Shown in pieces: positions 26,897 to 32,000 of a DNA stretch of 32,000 bases. This DNA is from Candidatus Iainarchaeum sp. (GTDB taxonomy: Archaea > Iainarchaeota > Iainarchaeia > Iainarchaeales > CSSED10-239). Numbering within the stretch: the stretch's first letter is position 1; each line of letters opens with the position of its first letter. The stretch spans positions 30,001 through 62,000 of the forward strand of contig JAQVTI010000001.1 in NCBI GenBank assembly GCA_028700115.1, read 5' to 3'. The notes under the pieces are model-generated. The model had not been told where the DNA came from, did no database searches, and saw only the letters and a list, made by a program, of their open reading frames with translations. The translations under genes and the position numbers were made by a program.

Positions 26897-26934
26897 ATAT
26901 ATTTAATATTTATTAAGAAATAGTTTATAAAGGT
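26897..26934 (-). promoter_or_regulatory. 38-bp promoter/leader element, copy 2 (upstream of the pilin-like Cys-rich protein gene)
   Basis: Exact 38/38 match to 22658..22695, at a similar distance from the start codon (24 vs 20 nt to the proximal edge). Confidence 0.6.
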
Positions 26935-26948
26935 TACATAAATTTTAA

Positions 26949-26979
26949 AAAATATACAAATAGACTAAGATATTTATTT
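26949..26979 (+). repeat. right copy of the bracketing direct repeat; reads as a degenerate duplicate gene end (..KNIQID-stop vs ..ENILID-stop)
   Basis: See the left copy. It lies 14 nt beyond promoter copy 2. Confidence 0.55.
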
Positions 26980-27076
26980 ATCTACAAATTAAAAATATTA
27001 TTCTAATTAATTAAATATATTTATATACCTTAAATTATTTTAATTTATTTTTAGTAAAAAAGCAAAAACATATTTT

Positions 27077-27161
27077 GATTAAAAATATATACAAATATTT
27101 GATTAAAAATATATACAAATATTTGATTAAAAATATATACAAATATTTGATTAAAAATATA
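27077..27161. repeat. tandem repeat, 24-bp unit GATTAAAAATATATACAAATATTT, 3 full copies plus a 13-nt partial
   Basis: Identical units at 27077-27100, 27101-27124 and 27125-27148, with a partial at 27149-27161. Each unit junction forms the perfect 10-bp palindrome CAAATATTTG (27092-27101, 27116-27125, 27140-27149). Confidence 0.85.
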
Positions 27162-27238
27162 ATTAAATAATAAATAAAAAAAAATATTAAAAATCAAAAA
27201 AACATTTTTTTTGACTTAAAATATAAGATTTAAAAAAA

Positions 27239-28768
27239 CTATAAATCTTTAAAACTAATTTTACCAAAATAAAGATCTTTTGAAACCTCTAGAAGTTTAT
27301 CTACAGATATTCTTTTTTGATCAAAGCTATCTCTATCTCTTATAGTTACAGTTTTTTCTTCTAGAGTATCATGATCTACAGTTATACAGAAATTACAACC
27401 AATTTCATCCATTCTAGCATATCTTTTTCCAATTGATCCTTTTTCATCAAAATTAATTTCAAAAAGATCATATGAATTTTCAACTAATTTAGAATGTAAA
27501 TCCTTAGAAAGCTCTAACAAACCATCCTTTTTAACTAATGGGAAAACAGACATAAAATATGGTGATATTTTAGGTTTTAATTTCAAAACATTTCTTAGAT
27601 CTTTTCCATCATTGTTAACATCAATTACTTCAAAGTTATTCTCTAATATTAAATATAATAATCTACCTAAACCAATTGAAGAAACTTCTAGAACATGAGG
27701 CAATATTTCCTTACCATCTTCTTTTACTGACAGAGTAGATTTTGAACCATCAGCATGTGCTTTTAAGTCATGGTCTGTTCTGTAGTTTATACAAAATAGT
27801 TCTACCCATTCCTTATTTGTCTTAACCTCTAAATCAAATGTTTGTTTTGAATAAAAGGCTCTATCTTCTTTAGAAACTTCTCTAAATCTTATATTTTCGT
27901 GTTTAATTCCTATTTTTTCTAAAAAATCATTCATTAAATAAGTATAATATGTAATAATATCTCCAAATGAGATATTTTGTTCTTTAACTTCTTTTACTGT
28001 ATAGTCTTTTTCAGAATCATCTTTTAGAAGTCTATATCTTATTATTTTATTATAATAAGGCTCTAGATTAACATCATCAATTTTATCCTTATCAAAAAAT
28101 AGTTCAGTTTCTAATTGTTCAAACTCTCTTGCTCTTAAAAGTCCATTTCTTGGAGAAATTTCATTTCTATACACTAAACCATGTTGTGAGATTGCAATTG
28201 GTAGGCCTATTCTTGAAGTTTTATATAATCTTAAAAAATCTAAAAATATAGATTGACAAGATTCTCCTCTTAAATAACCTTTTTGTCCTTTTTTTGCACC
28301 TACTATAATATTTGCCATTAAATTAAATCTTGAAACATTATCAATTCTAGTTTTACATTTAGTACATAAAACCTCATTTTCTTCTAATAACTTTTCATAT
28401 TCTTCATTTGTTAAGTTTTCAGGAACTTCTTTATCTAATTGATTTGATAAAACTTTATCAAGTCTATATACTTCACCACATTTTTTACAAGTAGAGATTG
28501 GATCATCAAAGTTTCCTAAATGCCCTGAAGCTCTAAAAACATCTTCTGGTAGAATTAATGAACCTGAAATTTCTAAAAAGTTGTTTTTTCTTACAAGTTC
28601 TTTTCTCCAAAAATCAATAATATTTAATCTAATTTTATTTCCTATTGGACCATAATCAAAAAATCCAGAAAAATTTTTTGAATAAATCTCAGCTGAAGGG
28701 AAATATATAGATTTATTTGAAATTAATTCATTTAGTCTTTCAATTCTTTTGCTTTCTTCTAAAACCAT
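27239..28768 (-). CDS. glyS: glycine--tRNA ligase, archaeal/eukaryotic dimeric type
   Basis: FFDYGPIGNKIR, SGHLGNFDDP, FNLMANIIVG, YRNEISPRNGLLRAREFEQLETELF (class II motif 2), SIGKRYARMDEIGCNFCITVD. Confidence 0.9.
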   Translation of the reverse strand: MVLEESKRIERLNELISNKSIYFPSAEIYSKNFSGFFDYGPIGNKIRLNIIDFWRKELVRKNNFLEISGSLILPEDVFRASGHLGNFDDPISTCKKCGEVYRLDKVLSNQLDKEVPENLTNEEYEKLLEENEVLCTKCKTRIDNVSRFNLMANIIVGAKKGQKGYLRGESCQSIFLDFLRLYKTSRIGLPIAISQHGLVYRNEISPRNGLLRAREFEQLETELFFDKDKIDDVNLEPYYNKIIRYRLLKDDSEKDYTVKEVKEQNISFGDIITYYTYLMNDFLEKIGIKHENIRFREVSKEDRAFYSKQTFDLEVKTNKEWVELFCINYRTDHDLKAHADGSKSTLSVKEDGKEILPHVLEVSSIGLGRLLYLILENNFEVIDVNNDGKDLRNVLKLKPKISPYFMSVFPLVKKDGLLELSKDLHSKLVENSYDLFEINFDEKGSIGKRYARMDEIGCNFCITVDHDTLEEKTVTIRDRDSFDQKRISVDKLLEVSKDLYFGKISFKDL

Positions 28769-28906
28769 AAAGTATCACTTAAATTTAATATATATTTTAG
28801 AAGTAAAGATTATATAAATATATATTATTTATAAAGTATTTGGTATATTAATTATTTATAAAATAAGCTAATTTTTTAAAGTTTTATTTATATATTTTAT
28901 TATATT

Positions 28907-28988
28907 GCAGGGGTTCCCGAGTGGTCAAAGGGGCACGGCTTAGGACCGTGTGCTTAGTGCTTCGCAGGTTCGAATCCTGCCTCTTGCA
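28907..28988 (+). tRNA. tRNA-Leu (anticodon UAG), type II with long variable arm, no encoded CCA
   Basis: Folded by hand: acceptor GCAGGGG/CTCTTGC (two G-U pairs), D arm CCC-GAGTGGTCAAA-GGG, anticodon stem CACGG/CCGTG with loop CTTAGGA, 13-nt variable region, T arm GCAGG-TTCGAAT-CCTGC, discriminator A. Followed by CTTTTT. It is a sharp GC-rich island in AT-rich DNA. Confidence 0.9.
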
Positions 28989-29009
28989 CTTTTTAAATTC
29001 TGAAAATTT

Positions 29010-30032
29010 ATGAGAACATTTTTTAATTTTAAAGAAACTAATTATAATCCAGATAAATATCTAGATTTAATAAAAGAAGAAATCAAAGATTATAAATTTA
29101 ATACATTTAACTTAGGTATATCTATTCCTTCTGAAAAAACTATAGATGAAAAAGAAGATATTAAACTTAATTTTCAAAAACAACTAACATCTCTAATTGA
29201 AGAAAAACTAAATATTAAAAAAAGAAATGAATATGGAGATGTAAATATTGTAGTTGATTTTAATTATAATAGAATAGATTATAATATAACTCCAGTTTAT
29301 GTTTATGGAATTTATAATAAATTACAAAGAAACCTACCTCAAACAATAGATTATTGTTTTAAATGTAAAGGAAAGGGTTGTAAGCTTTGTGATTATAAAG
29401 GAGTTATAAACAAAACTTCTATTCAGGAGAAAATTAATTCTTATTTTAAAGAAATTTTTAAAAATGAAGACAATAAATTCCATGGTTCAGGAAGAGAAGA
29501 CAAAGATGTTTTAATGCTTGGAAATGGTAGAGAGTTTGTTTTAGAACTAATTAATCCTAAACTAAGAGAAATTAGTTTAGAAGAACTAAATAAACTTTTA
29601 GACAAAATTAATCTTGAAGAAAAAGATGTTTTACAAATAAGTAATCTTAGTTTTTGTGAAAAATCTAAAATTAAAGAAATAAAAGAAGCTAAACATTTCA
29701 AATCATATAGAGCAATTGTTTCTTGTGAAGAAAAGATTATACAAGATAAATTAAACACATTAGAAAAAAACAAAATAATAGAAATTATTCAGAAAAATCC
29801 AAAAAGAATGAAAAAAAGCAGAGCAAATATTGAAAGAAAAAGAACTTGTGAAATTATTAATTATAATATTATTAATGAAAATGAATTTGAACTAGAACTA
29901 AAAGCAGAAGCAGGACTTTATGTTAAAGAATTTATTTCTGGGGATAATGAACTTACAAAACCTTCTATTTCAGAAATTATAGAAAATAAATGTATATGTA
30001 AACAACTAGATGTAATTTACATACATAGATAA
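29010..30032 (+). CDS. pus10: tRNA pseudouridine(54/55) synthase Pus10, short form
   Basis: CFKCKGKGCKLCDYKG zinc motif. Catalytic block GSGREDKDVLMLGNGREFVLEL (GREDvDvRmLG.GRPF). AGLYVKEFISGD...TKPS (aGtYIKElvsGD..rT.Ps). Confidence 0.85.
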   Translation: MRTFFNFKETNYNPDKYLDLIKEEIKDYKFNTFNLGISIPSEKTIDEKEDIKLNFQKQLTSLIEEKLNIKKRNEYGDVNIVVDFNYNRIDYNITPVYVYGIYNKLQRNLPQTIDYCFKCKGKGCKLCDYKGVINKTSIQEKINSYFKEIFKNEDNKFHGSGREDKDVLMLGNGREFVLELINPKLREISLEELNKLLDKINLEEKDVLQISNLSFCEKSKIKEIKEAKHFKSYRAIVSCEEKIIQDKLNTLEKNKIIEIIQKNPKRMKKSRANIERKRTCEIINYNIINENEFELELKAEAGLYVKEFISGDNELTKPSISEIIENKCICKQLDVIYIHR

Positions 30033-30034
30033 AG

Positions 30035-30074
30035 TTACCCTGGACCCTACAGAAATATTAAAAGTCCAGGGTAA
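30035..30074. terminator. GC-rich perfect 11-bp inverted repeat between convergent pus10 and ogg; candidate bidirectional terminator or structured element
   Basis: TTACCCTGGAC (30035-30045) and GTCCAGGGTAA (30064-30074) with an 18-nt loop. Starts 3 nt after the pus10 stop and is followed by the T-rich GTTTATTTATTTT on the plus strand. Confidence 0.45.
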
Positions 30075-30080
30075 GTTTAT

Positions 30081-30716
30081 TTATTTTAAAACTTCACCAG
30101 TCTCAAGATACCAAAGATATAAATCTAATTCTCCTTGAGTAAGTTTAAGTTTCTTAGACATCTTAGATAAAATTTCTTCAATCTCTAGATATCTTTGTTT
30201 ATTTAGAGTTTTTGGTTTTTCTTTTAAAAACTTATAATCTATTAACACATCAATTATATGAAAATCAATTATTGCATAATTAAAAAAACCTATATTTCTT
30301 AGAAAATGAGAAGCTTCCTTATAAGATAAACCCTTTATGTTTTTTACAATATACTCTCTTCTCTCAAGATCGTCTTTAAAAGAAAATATATTTTTTCTTA
30401 AATCTTTTATAAACTGACGATTATAAACAATAAAAGAAGACCTTAGATTTGGATATCTATAACCTAGTTCTTTAAGTTTAGATGAAAGCTTTTTTTCAGA
30501 AAAAGAAATAAAACCAGATTTAATTTTCTTAGTAATCTCAATTGCTCTTTTTGCACTATAGTTTGCAGTAAGGTTACAAAAGCTCATTTCCAAGAAAAGA
30601 TATTTAGAAGGCTTTTTCTGAAATGATAAAAACTCACTTTTTCTTTTCTCAATAACTTTTCTAATATCTGATTTTTTTAAATCATTTACTTTCTTAAACA
30701 AATCTTTTTGGTTCAT
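30081..30716 (-). CDS. ogg: 8-oxoguanine DNA glycosylase/AP lyase, archaeal Ogg2 type
   Basis: HhH-GPD core NIKGLSYKEASHFLRNIGFFNYAIIDFHI, containing the catalytic Lys and Asp. C-terminal ELDLYLWYLETGEVLK. Length and layout match my recollection of Methanocaldococcus Ogg. Confidence 0.82.
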   Translation of the reverse strand: MNQKDLFKKVNDLKKSDIRKVIEKRKSEFLSFQKKPSKYLFLEMSFCNLTANYSAKRAIEITKKIKSGFISFSEKKLSSKLKELGYRYPNLRSSFIVYNRQFIKDLRKNIFSFKDDLERREYIVKNIKGLSYKEASHFLRNIGFFNYAIIDFHIIDVLIDYKFLKEKPKTLNKQRYLEIEEILSKMSKKLKLTQGELDLYLWYLETGEVLK

Positions 30717-30737
30717 AATAAAAAAATAAAAGAACTA

Positions 30738-31121
30738 TTAAAGTTCTTTTTTCCAAAATCCATGTAAGTTACAATATTCTCTTGCAATAACTTTTTGACC
30801 TTTCTTAACACAAAAATTAACTATAGGTTTATCTTCTGGTTTTAGATGCTTAATATAACTTACATCATCTACAATTAACTCAATCCATTTAATATAATGC
30901 CCTTCTTCCATAGGATGTAAGACTTCACCAACAATTACTTCATAACCATTTTCTGTTTCTTTGATTACAGGAACATGCTTTTCGTTTGCTGCATCAGTTG
31001 TATTTTCTTCAAGTCTAGACATAGGCTTATTACAACAAACAAGTTGACCCATACCAGTATCTAACACTTCAACTATGTTTCCACAAATCTCACATTTGTA
31101 AACTTCTTTTAATTTAGTCAT
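30738..31121 (-). CDS. dfx: desulfoferrodoxin (2Fe superoxide reductase)
   Basis: N-terminal desulforedoxin-like centre YKCEICGNIVEV...LVCCNKPM. Centre II ligands EKHVPV, HPM, EGHYIKWIE, CNLHGFW. GAGGTG SD 8 nt upstream of the ATG. Confidence 0.92.
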   Translation of the reverse strand: MTKLKEVYKCEICGNIVEVLDTGMGQLVCCNKPMSRLEENTTDAANEKHVPVIKETENGYEVIVGEVLHPMEEGHYIKWIELIVDDVSYIKHLKPEDKPIVNFCVKKGQKVIAREYCNLHGFWKKEL

Positions 31122-31143
31122 TTTTAAAACACCTCAAATATTT

Positions 31144-31497
31144 TTATTTTTTTAAAGACTTCTCAATAGATTTAACACCATACTCAAAAGAAAAACCATC
31201 CATATTCAAAGAAACTTTTCTTTTTTCAAGTTCATCTAGAAACTCTCTATAAGACAAACCAGAAATTTCTGCTCCTTCTGATAAATTAATTTCTCTTTTT
31301 TTATAAGCTTCAATTGCTTTTTTTAGTTTATACTCAGAAATATCATTTTCTATTAAATGCCTAATATACTCAGACTCACTTATGTTTTTTTCTTTAGAGA
31401 TTAAATATACACTCTCCATAACAGAGTCTTTTAATCTTAAAGTCTTAACATTCATTTTACTACAATCTTTATATTCTTTTGATTTCATAAAAACCAC
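31144..31497 (-). CDS. putative antitoxin-like DNA-binding protein: ribbon-helix-helix segment fused to a UPF0175-like domain
   Basis: RHH-like KTLRLKDSVMESVYLISKEKNISESEYIRHLIEND, then UPF0175-like AIEAYKKREINLSEGAEISGLSYREFLDELEKRKVSL. Start uncertain: GTG at 31497, ATG at 31488 or ATG at 31455. Confidence 0.5.
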   Translation of the reverse strand: MVFMKSKEYKDCSKMNVKTLRLKDSVMESVYLISKEKNISESEYIRHLIENDISEYKLKKAIEAYKKREINLSEGAEISGLSYREFLDELEKRKVSLNMDGFSFEYGVKSIEKSLKK

Positions 31498-31993
31498 ATA
31501 TTTCTTTTAAATAATTTTTAGGTATAGAATCACAAATAATTCTTAATTTATCTTTTAATCCATTTTTCTTAATTTTTTTATGTTTATACAAATAAAACAT
31601 AAACTCAACAATGTTTGAACATAATATATTATTTTTCACACAAAAACTATAAGGCCTACCATTATCAATAAACACAATTGCCTTAATTTCTTTTGCAAGC
31701 AAGATACTAAAATATTCTCCTGAATTTTTAGATACTTGAAATGGTAAATTTTTATTAACTAAAGTTTTTGGTTGTTTAATAAGTATTTTTTTATCTTCAA
31801 CTAATTTTAATAAAAATCTAATATCAAATGGAAGATATAAACTTTTGTCTTTAAAATATGTTATTTCTTCATAAACCTTTTTAGTCATCACTAAATCATA
31901 ATGTTCTAAAAAGATATTTATTAAATTAGTTTTAACTAGATGAATATAAAAAGAGGAATCTAATATAGCTAAAGGTTTTTTTGAAATAACCAT
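31469..31993 (-). CDS. PIN-like nuclease domain protein (DUF3368-type), putative toxin
   Basis: LAILDSSFYIHL (N-terminal Asp), KKVYEEI (acidic residue), SGEYFSILLAKEIKAIVFIDNGRPYSF (GE..a..LA.e....lliDd..aR). Sits next to a UPF0175-like gene, the usual partner family. Confidence 0.55.
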   Translation of the reverse strand: MVISKKPLAILDSSFYIHLVKTNLINIFLEHYDLVMTKKVYEEITYFKDKSLYLPFDIRFLLKLVEDKKILIKQPKTLVNKNLPFQVSKNSGEYFSILLAKEIKAIVFIDNGRPYSFCVKNNILCSNIVEFMFYLYKHKKIKKNGLKDKLRIICDSIPKNYLKEICGFYEIKRI

Positions 31994-32000
31994 ATATATT

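Noticed and set aside
27077-27161. Possibility that the 24-bp tandem repeats are a CRISPR array
   Set aside because: The units are directly abutting with no spacers, and no cas genes are nearby. It is a plain tandem repeat.
29441-29773. ORF 29441..29773(-) antisense inside pus10
   Set aside because: Leu/Ser-rich mirror of a Lys/Glu-rich coding frame. The pus10 frame carries the catalytic motif.
1-32000. Stop-codon reassignment or an alternative genetic code
   Set aside because: All recognisable genes are full-length under the standard code and end with TAA, TAG or TGA. No in-frame stops interrupt conserved domains.

Overview
This is a very AT-rich, tightly packed chromosomal segment from an archaeon. 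The archaeal assignment rests on ribosomal protein L15e, a Nop5-fibrillarin pair, Pus10, an archaeal/eukaryotic-type GlyRS, an Ogg2-type glycosylase and a class III (archaeal pilin-type) signal peptide. Short versions of conserved proteins and near-zero intergenic spacing suggest a reduced, DPANN-like genome, but that is inference. Most of the window is housekeeping: rpl15e, a TtuA/NcsA-type tRNA thiolase, a bacterial-type uvrA-uvrC / uvrB set, rnhB, nop5-flpA, a Ca2+/cation antiporter, ppdK, a membrane-anchored cyclophilin, glyS, tRNA-Leu(UAG), pus10, ogg and dfx.

Four regions deserve a second look:
1. A roughly 4.9 kb block of three secreted or surface genes at 22017-26948. It holds a class III signal-peptide protein with about 56 cysteines in repeated modules, an M6 (InhA-like) metalloprotease, and a 203-aa secreted protein. 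The block is bracketed by an imperfect 31/32-nt direct repeat that duplicates the 3' end of the neighbouring FNR-like gene. It carries two identical 38-bp promoter/leader copies and has a phased 24-bp palindrome-bearing tandem array just outside it.
2. A GH3-family adenylating ligase, a 41-codon Lys-rich ORF with a near-perfect Shine-Dalgarno, and a DUF2817/M14-like metallopeptidase, arranged in tandem.
3. A ThiS/MoaD-like 60-aa ORF that lacks the C-terminal Gly-Gly, lying 11 nt upstream of the tRNA thiolase.
4. A reverse-order PIN(DUF3368)-RHH/UPF0175 pair at the right edge of the window.

All calls come from reading the translated ORFs and the DNA by eye. No database search was run.
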